Below are positions 9,148 to 19,130 of a stretch of DNA of 64,000 nt, piece by piece (the first letter of the stretch is position 1; each line of letters begins with the position of its first letter). This stretch comes from Dehalococcoidia bacterium (lineage in GTDB: Bacteria; Chloroflexota; Dehalococcoidia; GIF9; AB-539-J10): the NCBI GenBank assembly GCA_030612025.1, contig JAUWOR010000003.1, positions 1 through 64,000 on the forward strand. The letters are read 5' to 3'. Below the pieces are notes generated by a model that saw only the letters and a list, made by a program, of their open reading frames with translations, did no database searches and had not been told where the DNA came from. The position numbers and the translations under genes were made by a program.

Positions 9148-11580
9148 ATGAGATACGCTGAACTAGCGGTTAATTCTCCCGGAAGCCACTCAACCTTCTG
9201 TTATGCCATCCCACCTCAGCTAGACATTGATGTCGGGCAAGCGGTATGGGTTCCTTTCGGCTCCAGGGTCATCCAAGGCATCGTCGTCGAGCTATCTGAC
9301 CAGCCATCAGTTGAAGTAACTAAAGAAATAGCTGAAACCATTACCGACTACCCTTTACTTTCCCCTAGGCAAATTGAACTCGCCCGCTGGGTAAGCCAGC
9401 ATTATCTTTCCCCTTTGTTCAACTCCATTGCCTTGATGCTCCCCCCTGGCTTTGAGCGCAAGCTTATCACCTATTTTCAATTGATAAAACCTGAGAAAGA
9501 TTTGCCAGCGCTCACTCCAGAGCAAACACAAGCCCTTCATCTCATAAGAGAAAAAGAGAAAAAGAGCTTCAAGGAACTGGAGAGAAAATTTGGCCCGAAG
9601 AAGGCAAAGCAAATCTGCGACCAGCTTCTTCATTACCATTTAGTAATGAAGAGCCAGGAGCCTGAAAAAGCTAAGGTAAAACCAAAATCACTTCCCTATG
9701 TCAAGCTGATAGCTAGCAAGGATGAGATCGAGGATGAAACAGCCCGGCTGAACAAGAGTCGAGCCTATAAACAAGCAGCGGTCCTAGAATTTCTAAGCCA
9801 GCAAACTCAACCCATTGCTGCCAATGAGGTGAGAAAACGCCTTGATTGCTCTCTTGAATCCATTAGAGCTTTGGAACGCCGCCGCTTACTTTCCGTAGAG
9901 TTAGTTAATATCAGGCGTGACCCACTATCCCATCTCAAGCTCAAGCCTAGCCTGCCACCACCTTTCACTTCATCTCAGCAAGCGGCCTGGAAAACAATCG
10001 CAGATAACTGGACCAAGCGGGATGACCATGGCTCACCACCAGTTTTCCTCCTCTTCGGAGTTACCGGCAGCGGCAAAACTGAGATTTACTTGCGAGCCTT
10101 GACTCAGGTTATTGCTATGGGCAAGCGAGGTATTTGCCTCGTCCCCGAGATTGCCCTCACACCACAAACTGTAGAGAGGTTCGCCAGTCGCTTTCCTGGA
10201 CGTGTAGGAATACTTCACAGTGGCCTTTCCTTAGGTGAGCAGTTCGATGAATGGCAACGAATAAAGGAAGGGAAATGCAATGTGGTTATCGGACCAAGAA
10301 GCGCTTTATTTGCCCCCCAGCCTGACCTGGGTCTCATTATAATTGACGAAGAACATGAATGGACATATAAACAAGAGGACAAATCTCCTCGCTACCATGC
10401 TCGGGATGTAGCTCTCAAATTGGCTGAACTCACTGGTGCTGTTGTTATCTTGGGCAGCGCTACACCCGATATTGATAGCTTTCACAAAGCACAACTGGGT
10501 ATTTATCACCTGGTGGAGCTAAAGGAAAGGATTACTCCCCACGGTTATTCACCCCTTCCCAAAGTAAATATAGTAGACATGAAGGGGGAACTTAAAGTTG
10601 GGAATACAAGTTTATTTAGCCGCTCCTTGTTGGCTGCTATGAAGGAAACCTTAGCTCAAGGTGAACAAATAATCCTTTTCCTCAATCGGCGCGGCACAGC
10701 CACTTTTATCCAGTGCCGCAATTGTGGCTTTGTCTTTCGTTGCCCGCGCTGCTCCGTAGCCCTTACTTACCATTCAGCAGAGAAAAAATTAACCTGCCAT
10801 CGCTGCCATTATGCCATTCCAGTGCCTCAAGCTTGTCCTCAGTGCTTCAGTCATGGCCTTAAGTTTCTCGGTATTGGTACTCAGCGAGTAGCAGATGAAG
10901 TAAAACGACTTCTCCCAAAAACAAGCTTGCTCAGGTGGGATAGAGATGTAACTACCAAGAGATATGCTCACGAGAGACTGCTGAGTAGTTTTCGTGACCA
11001 TAAAGCAGATATACTCATTGGCACTCAGATGATAGCCAAAGGACTAGATTTGCCCCAGGTGACCTTAGCCGGGATAATCAGCGCCGATACTGGACTCAAC
11101 CTGCCTGACTTCCGAGCCGGCGAGCGCACCTTCCAGCTTTTATGTCAGGTAGCTGGTAGGGCTGGGCGCGGGTTCAAAGCCGGAAAGGTCATCATCCAGA
11201 CATATTCACCTGAGAACTATGCCATCCAATCTGCTGCCAAACATGATTATGTGGGCTTCTATAATCAGGAAATAGCTTATCGCCGCCAGTATAATTATCC
11301 TCCCTTTAGCCACTTCATCCGCTTGGTATACTACCATACCAATAATGATTTATGTCGCCGAGAGGCAGAGCGAGTAAGGGATACTATTCTGAATGAACAA
11401 GAGAGGAAAGGTATAACCAAGTTGAGTTTAATTGGCCCTATACCCGCCTTTGCCGCCAGGGTCAGGGGCAGATATCGCTGGCAGCTCATCCTGCGAGGCT
11501 CTGACCCGGCTCAGGTTCTACCAAGGATAACTCTGCCCCAAGGCTGGACTGTAGATGTCGCCCCCGTGGGAGTGATATAG
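9148..11580 (+). CDS. priA: Primosomal protein N'
   Basis: GVTGSGKTEIY, DEEH, SATP, Cys-rich zinc region, GTQMIAKGLD. Confidence 0.97.
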   Translation: MRYAELAVNSPGSHSTFCYAIPPQLDIDVGQAVWVPFGSRVIQGIVVELSDQPSVEVTKEIAETITDYPLLSPRQIELARWVSQHYLSPLFNSIALMLPPGFERKLITYFQLIKPEKDLPALTPEQTQALHLIREKEKKSFKELERKFGPKKAKQICDQLLHYHLVMKSQEPEKAKVKPKSLPYVKLIASKDEIEDETARLNKSRAYKQAAVLEFLSQQTQPIAANEVRKRLDCSLESIRALERRRLLSVELVNIRRDPLSHLKLKPSLPPPFTSSQQAAWKTIADNWTKRDDHGSPPVFLLFGVTGSGKTEIYLRALTQVIAMGKRGICLVPEIALTPQTVERFASRFPGRVGILHSGLSLGEQFDEWQRIKEGKCNVVIGPRSALFAPQPDLGLIIIDEEHEWTYKQEDKSPRYHARDVALKLAELTGAVVILGSATPDIDSFHKAQLGIYHLVELKERITPHGYSPLPKVNIVDMKGELKVGNTSLFSRSLLAAMKETLAQGEQIILFLNRRGTATFIQCRNCGFVFRCPRCSVALTYHSAEKKLTCHRCHYAIPVPQACPQCFSHGLKFLGIGTQRVADEVKRLLPKTSLLRWDRDVTTKRYAHERLLSSFRDHKADILIGTQMIAKGLDLPQVTLAGIISADTGLNLPDFRAGERTFQLLCQVAGRAGRGFKAGKVIIQTYSPENYAIQSAAKHDYVGFYNQEIAYRRQYNYPPFSHFIRLVYYHTNNDLCRREAERVRDTILNEQERKGITKLSLIGPIPAFAARVRGRYRWQLILRGSDPAQVLPRITLPQGWTVDVAPVGVI

Positions 11581-11621
11581 TTTTACACAGAGTCACTGAC
11601 TCGCGACAAGCATTTAATCAA

Positions 11622-11756
11622 GAGGCCGTTTAAAAATGTAGTTGCCCAATTTATTGGGCGACTGTGCCTGATTACCTAAGGCAACTACAAAATTTTGGGG
11701 GTGAAACGCCTCTGAGATGGCTGAAATTGAACGGGGAATCAAAATTAAACAGCCTG
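11622..11756 (+). mobile_element. MITE-like element, core type B (GTAG...CTAC REP-like doublet)
   Basis: Ends GAGGCCGTTTAA / TTAAACAGCCTG; near-identical copy at 63487-63620. Confidence 0.75.
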
Positions 11757-11777
11757 GACAAAAATAGAGAGGTGAAT

Positions 11778-12012
11778 ATGGCTTGCATTAGTTCTGACGG
11801 AAAACCCACTGAGTCAGGCACCAGGATGCTAAGGGCACTGCAATCGGGTTTCAGGTCTCCCAAAGAGATTGCTAAGCGGACTAGGCTTCCCCTGTTCAGG
11901 GATGAGGGGCGGGCTTTGTGAACTCATTCAAGCTGGATTAGCCAACCAGAAGGATGATAGCTATGAATTGTCAGCCAGAGGGGGTGAACTGGTAGGCAGC
12001 TTGTCCACTTAG
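11778..12012 (+). pseudogene. Small winged-helix-like protein with a one-base frameshift
   Basis: GAGGTG RBS, MACISSDGKPTESG...RLPLFR; removing one base near 11901 continues as VRGGLCELIQAGLANQKDDSYELSARG to TAG at 12012. Confidence 0.6.
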
Positions 12013-12033
12013 TTAGCTGAAAGGAGAGATTAT

Positions 12034-12324
12034 ATGAGAAAGTCGAGAAGAAACTACATTGTAGACCTCATTATATTCCTGCTAGCCTTGTTTGAAGTTG
12101 CATCTGGCTTTGTCCTATGGCTTGTCTTACCTAGAGGCAGAGGCTATGCAGGAGGCAGAGGTGGAGGATTAGTTACAGAAGCTACCTTCCTGTGGTCCAG
12201 AGATACCTGGCTTGACCTCCACAATTGGGTTGCCGTTGCCCTATTGGTTATAGTGGTGCTACATCTAATTCTGCACTGGAGGTGGATAGTCCATATGACT
12301 AAAACAATCTGGAGGCGAAGCTAA
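12034..12324 (+). CDS. DUF4405-like small membrane (cytochrome b-like) protein
   Basis: Two TM helices, SGFVLW, WLDLHNW...HLILHWRWI. Confidence 0.75.
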   Translation: MRKSRRNYIVDLIIFLLALFEVASGFVLWLVLPRGRGYAGGRGGGLVTEATFLWSRDTWLDLHNWVAVALLVIVVLHLILHWRWIVHMTKTIWRRS

Positions 12325-12519
12325 ACTTAAGAGCCTTCTTAGTCGCATAAGGGACCAGGAGCTATACCATGCTAAGGTATTCAGTGATCTCCTAAGAGAG
12401 GAGCATGGTTCAAATTGATATTGACAGATGCAATCTTGACTTATATGGCTTCACCGATAACCTGTGCTAGAATAAGGGTAGCGTAAGGTATCTAACTGTA
12501 TTTTCAAGGGCAAGTAAGT

Positions 12520-12996
12520 ATGGCAGTTCTGAAGATTCGCACTTTGCCTGACCCGGTATTAAGACGAAAAGCTAAAAGGGTAGCCACTATTGATGGCTCT
12601 ATTCAGAAGCTAATCGATGATATGATTGATACCATGCACGCTGCTCCGGGGGTGGGATTGGCTGCCCCACAAATAGGAGTGTCGCTGCGCGTAGCAGTTA
12701 TTGAACTACCTGGGGAGGAACTTATCACCTTGATTAACCCCGCAATAATTAAGAAGCAAGGTGAACGTATAGTTGCAGAGGCATGTTTATCTGTGCCTGG
12801 CTATCAGGGGGAGATTAAGCGGGCGGTAACAGTTAAGGTCAAGGCACAGGACCGACAAGGCAAAGAAATTCGCCTCAAAGGCGAGGAACTGCTCGCCCAC
12901 GCCTTGGAGCACGAGCTAGACCACCTCAATGGCACTCTATACATTGACCATATAGAAAGTCCCGACAAGCTGTGGAAACTGACTCAGCAGCTATAG
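12520..12996 (+). CDS. def: Peptide deformylase
   Basis: GVGLAAPQIG, EACLSVPG, HELDHLNG. Confidence 0.97.
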   Translation: MAVLKIRTLPDPVLRRKAKRVATIDGSIQKLIDDMIDTMHAAPGVGLAAPQIGVSLRVAVIELPGEELITLINPAIIKKQGERIVAEACLSVPGYQGEIKRAVTVKVKAQDRQGKEIRLKGEELLAHALEHELDHLNGTLYIDHIESPDKLWKLTQQL

Positions 12997-13066
12997 AAGT
13001 TTTGAACTAATCAAAAACTAAGCAGCTCAAGCCTGTAGAGCTTCTGCTCTTGTAATGAACGTCAGG

Positions 13067-13266
13067 TTAGTGCCGAGGATGTTTAGGTTTAACCTTGCGT
13101 CTAAAATAATAAATGCCACAGCCTAGAAGCAATATCCCAATGGCAATGCCAATAATCAATCCCATATTAGGACCAGCTTGTACTTCTTTTTTGCCTGTTG
13201 ATACCAAGAGGCGAATATAGTAATTTACTACCAAAAGGTCTTTATCTTTGGGTGTGATGCTCAGCC
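13067..13266 (-). pseudogene. 3' fragment of a paralog of the 14884-15435 surface protein gene
   Basis: Shares GCCTGTTGATACCAAGAGGCGAATATAGTAATTTACTACCAA with the 15000 region; encodes ...VVNYYIRLLVSTG...CGIYYFRRKVKPKHPRH*; no 5' part. Confidence 0.75.
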
Positions 13267-13419
13267 GTGGAAAGGCTCAATTCGAGGCTTAAGGAGTTTG
13301 CTAAGTTGGACAATCTCAAGGTGAGGGGTTTAGCTAAGATTCAATTGCATGGGACGCTAGCCATGCTAGTGATTCAGACCAGGGTTCTCTGTGAGACATT
13401 AGCAAGTAGGCTTGCGTGA
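13261..13419 (+). pseudogene. C-terminal fragment of a DDE transposase (IS4/IS5/IS1182-like)
   Basis: Translates to AVERLNSRLKEFAKLDNLKVRGLAKIQLHGTLAML, the typical ERxxxxLK...RGxxK..H C-terminal pattern. Confidence 0.65.
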
Positions 13420-13430
13420 ATTAAGGGGTG

Positions 13431-14492
13431 CTAAGTAGAGGGAATGATGTTCATCTCTATTAAGGCATGCAGTCGAGTAATCCTGTCCCGCGTAGTTGCG
13501 TAGTAACGCGAATCGCGGCCACGTTTTGCTAGCTTGGCGCGTTCTGCTAGGTAGCTAACGCGTTCAGCCATTTTTATGCTCAGCGAAGGTTCCGCCTCGT
13601 TCTTCGGAGCACCTCTAGCAGCCAGATATGCCTTCTCAAACCCAGCGTCTCTTAATCGCCGTATGTGATTCAGATAGAGTGTCGGCCCTCTATGCAACAT
13701 AGCTTCTCTTGTGCCTATGAGAACGAAGGCCGTGGCAATGTATCGTCCAAGGTACCCGATGTCTAGCATTTCTTCTCCTTCCGGCCTAGTTGCCACTTGG
13801 TAGACGTAATTCACGAATTTGGTTGCTTCAGCAGCGTGTGATTCTTCTGGGTATCTGGTCTCGATACGGGCACCGAAGTCGCGGATTTCTTGTAGAACCA
13901 CCCGAGTGAACAACCCATTTTCATCCAGTACATCAAAGACTCTGCAAAAGTCATCGAGCCCAGGTGTTTCTCTAGCGCGCACAGGCACTACCTCATTATA
14001 CAGGTACTGTAAAGCACTGTAGTGTTTCAGATAGTTCAGGAACTTGCGTGTCGCGGTAATACTAATGCCCTCATTCATAGCGATGTCCAAATAAGGCCGA
14101 GCTTGTGGGACCACTCCGAGTGGGCAAAAGGCTATCATAGCGTGGGTAAGATTCCGGTCTCCACTACCACGGTCTTTGATGCAGACAATGACTGTTTTCT
14201 TATTTGGGTCCAATTCTGCGCGGTCAATTTCTTTAATGAAATTGAGGGTCATATTATACGGCATAGAGCCCTTGACTTCTGTATCGATGGAGCGAGCAAA
14301 ACTGCTGACTTGCCCTTGGAGCTTCAACTTGATGCTACGGTGCCTTATGCCTTTGGATGACCAAGAAAAAAGCCCCAGAAACCATCCACCAACCCTCTCG
14401 GCTTTCTCAGGATTGGTCACAACAAAGATGAACACTAAGAGAAGCAATCCCCAAGGCCCCCACTCCCTAATAATCTGCAGGGCTTCAATCAT
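13431..14492 (-). CDS. Hypothetical protein with N-terminal membrane anchor
   Basis: 353-aa ORF, hydrophobic N-terminus, GGAGG RBS, overlaps the stop of the upstream gene. Confidence 0.75.
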   Translation of the reverse strand: MIEALQIIREWGPWGLLLLVFIFVVTNPEKAERVGGWFLGLFSWSSKGIRHRSIKLKLQGQVSSFARSIDTEVKGSMPYNMTLNFIKEIDRAELDPNKKTVIVCIKDRGSGDRNLTHAMIAFCPLGVVPQARPYLDIAMNEGISITATRKFLNYLKHYSALQYLYNEVVPVRARETPGLDDFCRVFDVLDENGLFTRVVLQEIRDFGARIETRYPEESHAAEATKFVNYVYQVATRPEGEEMLDIGYLGRYIATAFVLIGTREAMLHRGPTLYLNHIRRLRDAGFEKAYLAARGAPKNEAEPSLSIKMAERVSYLAERAKLAKRGRDSRYYATTRDRITRLHALIEMNIIPST

Positions 14493-14727
14493 CTCGTGGC
14501 GGCACCTCCGGCCTAGTTAGCGCATAAACACACGGCGTAGAATCACAAACTAATATTACGTTATCTTTTTCTGGAATAATCGCTCCCAAATTGTCCAAGT
14601 CAACCCTGCGACCACACTTAGCACAACTCAACTCACCTAAAAGCAGTGGCTCGAGTATACCTAAGTTGCCGAGTAGTTCCTTGAGCTGTGAGTCCCAAAC
14701 AGTCTTTACTTCAATTCGCTTCCGCAT
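14485..14727 (-). CDS. Small four-cysteine (zinc-finger-like) hypothetical protein
   Basis: 80 aa, CAKC...CDSTPC; translationally coupled to 13431-14492. Confidence 0.7.
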   Translation of the reverse strand: MRKRIEVKTVWDSQLKELLGNLGILEPLLLGELSCAKCGRRVDLDNLGAIIPEKDNVILVCDSTPCVYALTRPEVPPRDD

Positions 14728-14883
14728 ATTCCACCATCCTAGTTAGTTTATAATTCTCAGATTCATAGTTCCTTTAACATAAGTTTAAACGAGCTTCAGG
14801 CGTTTCGCAACTGCCTTAAGTGGTGAAACGACTGAAACCTATGGAACTCCTGCTCCTATAAAGTGTCTTTCGTTGCATCTGAG

Positions 14884-15435
14884 TTATTTGGTCTTAGCCT
14901 TGCGCCTGAAGTAATAAATGCCACAGGCCAAGAGCAATACACCAGCGACAATCCCGACAATCAATGCTATATTTGGGCCACCCTTTACTTCCTCGCCTGT
15001 TGATACCAAGAGGCGAATATAGTAATTTACTACCAATAATTCCTTCTCCTCCGGCGTGATACTCAACCATATCTCCCAATCCTTACCGGCCCACTTTTGC
15101 TGTGACGGAATAGCTACTTTTACCCTTACCTCAGCTTCAGAGTTGGCTTGTACCTCAACTTGGTGAGGGAAGCTGACCCAGCTACTATTAGGAAACTCAG
15201 CCCTTCCTTGCCTTCTTTCCGATTCCTCAGGGTTATGAGTAGTTAAGATAAAAGTATGACTTGTATTGTCCTTATTATCGATAGTGAGGTTAAATTCAGC
15301 CGCCTCGCCTGGAGGTAAATTATCTATTTTTACCTCAACTGGGGAGACGCTGAAACTCCAGGCCATGACAAAAGAGGGCAAAAAGATGGCTGATAAAGCT
15401 ACAATAAGACAAATGTATTTTATCTGACGCGCCAT
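14884..15435 (-). CDS. Secreted beta-sandwich protein with C-terminal membrane anchor
   Basis: Signal peptide, SVSPVEVKI beta-rich domain, C-terminal TM plus basic tail RRKAKTK. Confidence 0.75.
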   Translation of the reverse strand: MARQIKYICLIVALSAIFLPSFVMAWSFSVSPVEVKIDNLPPGEAAEFNLTIDNKDNTSHTFILTTHNPEESERRQGRAEFPNSSWVSFPHQVEVQANSEAEVRVKVAIPSQQKWAGKDWEIWLSITPEEKELLVVNYYIRLLVSTGEEVKGGPNIALIVGIVAGVLLLACGIYYFRRKAKTK

Positions 15436-16010
15436 CAGGCAATCACAGTGCTTATGGTGATATGCGTTTCCATTTGTCTATCACCGTAGAAATGGCCGGT
15501 ACTGGTATCGGCTAGAGGGGTTAGCGATTTAAGCCCAAATTGCTTCTGGTCGCCATTACCGATAAGGGTTAAAGGGCCTCCGTCGTCGCCATTGGGCTTT
15601 ATATGTTTCATAACAGTTGGCGCTTCAGTGATGGGAGTATAACTATCCGCTTTATCACCTGCTATGTGATACAACAATGCATATTTTCTCACCGCCGTGG
15701 TACCATCGCTAGTTAATTCCCACGTGTATGCATCGGGATAATCAACCCACACAGCAGCTTCGCCTTTAATATAAATATCTACCACGCAATTGCCTTCATT
15801 GTTTATAGTGCACCAGGTTGGATTTGTCAGACACTCTGTATTTGGCTCCACATCTCCTATATTCCACTCTGTTGGTTCCAGTGTAATTTCTACGTACTTA
15901 TCAGTAAGCACGGTAATGGTTACAGTGCTATCATCCGCGGCTAGTGCCGATAAACAAGGAATTAAAGCCAGGATAATAGCTAGTGCCATGCTTACAATTC
16001 GCCTATTCAT
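15435..16010 (-). CDS. Secreted surface protein (paralog of 16080-16640)
   Basis: Signal peptide RIVSMALAIILALIP; shared W.IG.V.PNTE, WCT..N.GNC, KQFGLK, METHI.IS. Confidence 0.75.
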   Translation of the reverse strand: MNRRIVSMALAIILALIPCLSALAADDSTVTITVLTDKYVEITLEPTEWNIGDVEPNTECLTNPTWCTINNEGNCVVDIYIKGEAAVWVDYPDAYTWELTSDGTTAVRKYALLYHIAGDKADSYTPITEAPTVMKHIKPNGDDGGPLTLIGNGDQKQFGLKSLTPLADTSTGHFYGDRQMETHITISTVIA

Positions 16011-16079
16011 CTGTCCTACCAGTTTCCTCAGAACTTTTTCACAAATTTAGCCAAAACAGGCATCTAGTTCGCTACAGCG

Positions 16080-16640
16080 TTAGGCAGCCACGCCACTTAT
16101 GATAATATGGGTTTCCATTTCCCCACCACCGTAGAAATAATTCTCGTAGTCAGGCGAGGGAGTTTTCAGTTTCAGCCCAAATTGCTTCTTATTCCCCTCC
16201 CCCATTCCAAGGCCAGAGTAAAATTCGCTTCCTATTCCGCTTTCATCCTTGCTGATGAGCACGTAGCTGACTTGATCTGCTTTCTCATACCATAGTACAT
16301 ATACTTGCGTGCCGTTACTCCCATCGTCACTAAGTGTCCACTTATACACGCTAGGGCTCTCAGTCCACACAGCGTCGTCACCTTCAATGTAAGTATTCAG
16401 CATGCAATTGCCCCTATTAGTCATAGTGCACCAAGTTTTTTCTGGATTTGTTTTATACTCCGTGTTTGGCCCTACTTGTCCTATTTCCCAGCTTGTGGGG
16501 TTCAATTCGATTTCTAGCACTGTCTTAGTGGTCGCGGTGATAGTTATAGTTCCAGTGCTACTCTCCTCAGCTATCGCCAGCAAAGAAGGGATTAAAGCCA
16601 AGATAATGGCTAAGGCAACGCTTACAATCCGCCCGCTCAT
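16080..16640 (-). CDS. Secreted surface protein (paralog of 15435-16010)
   Basis: Same signal peptide and motifs as its neighbour. Confidence 0.75.
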   Translation of the reverse strand: MSGRIVSVALAIILALIPSLLAIAEESSTGTITITATTKTVLEIELNPTSWEIGQVGPNTEYKTNPEKTWCTMTNRGNCMLNTYIEGDDAVWTESPSVYKWTLSDDGSNGTQVYVLWYEKADQVSYVLISKDESGIGSEFYSGLGMGEGNKKQFGLKLKTPSPDYENYFYGGGEMETHIIISGVAA

Positions 16641-16744
16641 CTTCCCTTCCTACTAACCATAATAGATTATTGCCTGCCGATTAGTCAAGGACTTTAGTAC
16701 TAAAAAGACAAAAACTTGAAAAGAGAAAAACTATCACGCTTAGT

Positions 16745-16774
16745 TTGACCATCTTTGCTAGCCAATGGTAAACT
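16745..16774 (+). promoter_or_regulatory. Sigma70-type promoter of tRNA-Met
   Basis: TTGACC-18 nt-TAAACT with extended TG, 7 nt before the tRNA. Confidence 0.6.
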
Positions 16775-16781
16775 ACCTTTA

Positions 16782-16853
<72 letters not shown>

Positions 16854-16920
16854 CTTTTATACTTGCGCCACAGATTTTACGCGGAGGGCAGCGACTACCC
16901 CTCTTAAGAGGAGAAGCGGA

Positions 16921-17364
16921 TTGGCAATAGAAATACATTCTGTGACAAAAGGCAAGCGCTCTGAACTTCTTATGATGGCTTTACTACTTGAAAACGGATT
17001 CAGTGTGTTTCAAGCCTTGGCTGACATAAAAGGCGTTGATTGCGGGGTGGTAGGCAGAGACAACCACTTCTACCCTATACAGATAAAGAGCAGAGCTGAG
17101 TTTACCCTAGGAGACTTAGTGGAGGTTCGTCACTTTCAGAGTGATATGTTTATCATCATCTACGATGTGAAAACCCGAAATTATTGGGTAATACCTGCGG
17201 ATGAATACAAAAGTATGTCATCTCAACGAGTTCTGGAAAACGGGAAAGTGGGCTACCGCCTTACGCTGACTAAGAAAAACGAGAAACGGTTGGAAAACTA
17301 CAAAGGAGAAAAGGGCATACAGGTTCTCAAAAGCAAGGTATACTCACAAGTCAGCCAGCCTTGA
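16921..17364 (+). CDS. PD-(D/E)XK-type nuclease-like protein
   Basis: GKRSE...GVDC...PIQIKSR (D...QxK catalytic pattern); GAGGAG RBS. Confidence 0.65.
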   Translation: MAIEIHSVTKGKRSELLMMALLLENGFSVFQALADIKGVDCGVVGRDNHFYPIQIKSRAEFTLGDLVEVRHFQSDMFIIIYDVKTRNYWVIPADEYKSMSSQRVLENGKVGYRLTLTKKNEKRLENYKGEKGIQVLKSKVYSQVSQP

Positions 17365-17455
17365 CACTGTCAGACGCCACGCATTCTCCCCAGAGCCAAG
17401 TAAATCACCTTCCGCAGAGCCTGCTAAGCAGTTTAATAGTAAGTGGTAATTCCCT

Positions 17456-17494
17456 AGCCTTTGGTCACTGGTTCAAATCCAGTCGCTACCACTT
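17456..17494 (+). repeat. Degenerate copy of tRNA-Met 3' end (att-like site 1)
   Basis: AGCCTTTGGTCACTGGTTCAAATCCAGTCGCTACCACTT, three mismatches to 16818-16856. Confidence 0.9.
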
Positions 17495-17564
17495 ATTCTA
17501 ATTTAACAATGCCATTTAGACTACTTGTTTCATAGATAAATCAAATATACCCTGACGGCTTAGA

Positions 17565-18113
17565 TCATCCGTAGGAAAGCCATTCCTCTTTATCGCTAAG
17601 GATATCGTAAACGCCTGTAGCGATCCCAGCAAGGGAATAGTCGATTCTATTTATTAGCTCTGGTAACTGTTTAAGATAGATGGCAGCAAAGTCTATTTCA
17701 ATAGGATTTCCATCTCTATCTACGGGATATCGAAAGGTTTGCGAATTCGGGTCTAGTTCTCCTAGGATATTTATGTAACTTCCCAAATTATCATATAGAT
17801 CTTCAAACTCCCTCCTTTGTTCCTCAGTAAGATTAGGTTCAATATTCGTATCCATTGCTTGCACGATACTCCTACAGTCTTGCCATAGTCGATTAATATC
17901 ATGCCCGAGTGGGAATCTCCTTCTTTCGCCTAAATACCTTCTACCGTTTATAATTATCTCTTTCAACTGCAATTCGATATAGTGCCTATATAGAAACATT
18001 ACTGGATAGACAAGAACATTTTGTCTTCCCTTCTCAAGGGCATATCGTAGTAGTATGTCGCCTGCTTCTTTATATCCAATTATGTGCTCTCCCCAATTTA
18101 TCGGTGACATCAC
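17565..18113 (-). CDS. HEPN-like hypothetical protein
   Basis: FLYRHYIELQLK...GHDI...DPNSQTFRYP pattern resembles HEPN-fold proteins. Confidence 0.55.
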   Translation of the reverse strand: MMSPINWGEHIIGYKEAGDILLRYALEKGRQNVLVYPVMFLYRHYIELQLKEIIINGRRYLGERRRFPLGHDINRLWQDCRSIVQAMDTNIEPNLTEEQRREFEDLYDNLGSYINILGELDPNSQTFRYPVDRDGNPIEIDFAAIYLKQLPELINRIDYSLAGIATGVYDILSDKEEWLSYG

Positions 18114-18182
18114 TCACCTACTTTAATAATTAAACTTAACTTATAGTATTGTCATACTTCAAACATCTACGTACTATGAATT

Positions 18183-18740
18183 TCACCCTTCCAGTAAGAA
18201 ACCTACTTGTCGCAATGCCTTTAGTGTGACGATAACAGGATCATCTATATAGGTGTTAGATTTAGAAGCTTCAATTAAGTGCCTCATGACCGTTTTTAAG
18301 TCATATACTTTAACCTGAACTTCGTTCAAGTACTGAATGATTGAATCCTCATCTGATTTATTAAACTTCCCAACAAAAAGGCAGAATTGTATCTGTCCAG
18401 ATGAGTATCCATATTTCTTTTTTACATCTTCAACTATTGCTTTACGTATTTCAGGCTCATTGAATATTTTATACCGATCGAAGTATGTCTTTTTACTGGC
18501 ATCTGCTATCCCTTTAAAACCCTGTCGATTTACACCACTAGAGCCAAAGAAAGACTTAACAGAACCTAACAATAATGAATTAGATTTTGCTCCAGCGATA
18601 TCGACTTCATAGCCGTGTGTTTGATACTCTGGATATTTAGCCTTTTTTGTTCTTATTCTTACAGGGAATTTTACATTGGTTGTCACGATATAACCCTGAG
18701 ATTCAAGGTACACTTTTACAATATGCTCAAAAGCTTCCAT
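18183..18740 (-). CDS. Restriction-endonuclease-fold (PD-(D/E)XK) hypothetical protein
   Basis: FEHIVKVYLESQGY...EVDIAG...GSVKS. Confidence 0.6.
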   Translation of the reverse strand: MEAFEHIVKVYLESQGYIVTTNVKFPVRIRTKKAKYPEYQTHGYEVDIAGAKSNSLLLGSVKSFFGSSGVNRQGFKGIADASKKTYFDRYKIFNEPEIRKAIVEDVKKKYGYSSGQIQFCLFVGKFNKSDEDSIIQYLNEVQVKVYDLKTVMRHLIEASKSNTYIDDPVIVTLKALRQVGFLLEG

Positions 18741-18975
18741 AACTTCACTCCGCTATTAATTTATTGACTCTCTATAGATCTTAACCACTCAGTAGTAACT
18801 TCACATACTTACCTTGCCACATTATGTGGATTTTACTCTTGCGTATTCACACAATCAATGGACACAGCGTCTTGACCTTAGTCAGATCGACTACTATCGT
18901 AGTATGACTATGATTGAGAAACTGGAAAGGATGAGTTATTAATGAATGTCGCTATTAAATATCTAGTTAAGGCTG

Positions 18976-19023
18976 GGACTCATAAGCCTTTGGTCGCTGG
19001 TTCAAATCCAGCCGCTGCCACTT
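18976..19023 (+). repeat. Perfect 48-bp copy of tRNA-Met 3' half (att-like site 2)
   Basis: Identical to 16809-16856: GGACTCATAAGCC...GCCGCTGCCACTT. Confidence 0.95.
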
Positions 19024-19130
19024 CTTGTTCTAAGGTTGTCATCGTAGCAAGCTCAAATATGAAATCACCTCTAAGATATTGACATGGCCTTGTGAACTTC
19101 TTGCGTGGATCGACAAAAATCCCTTCAAGC

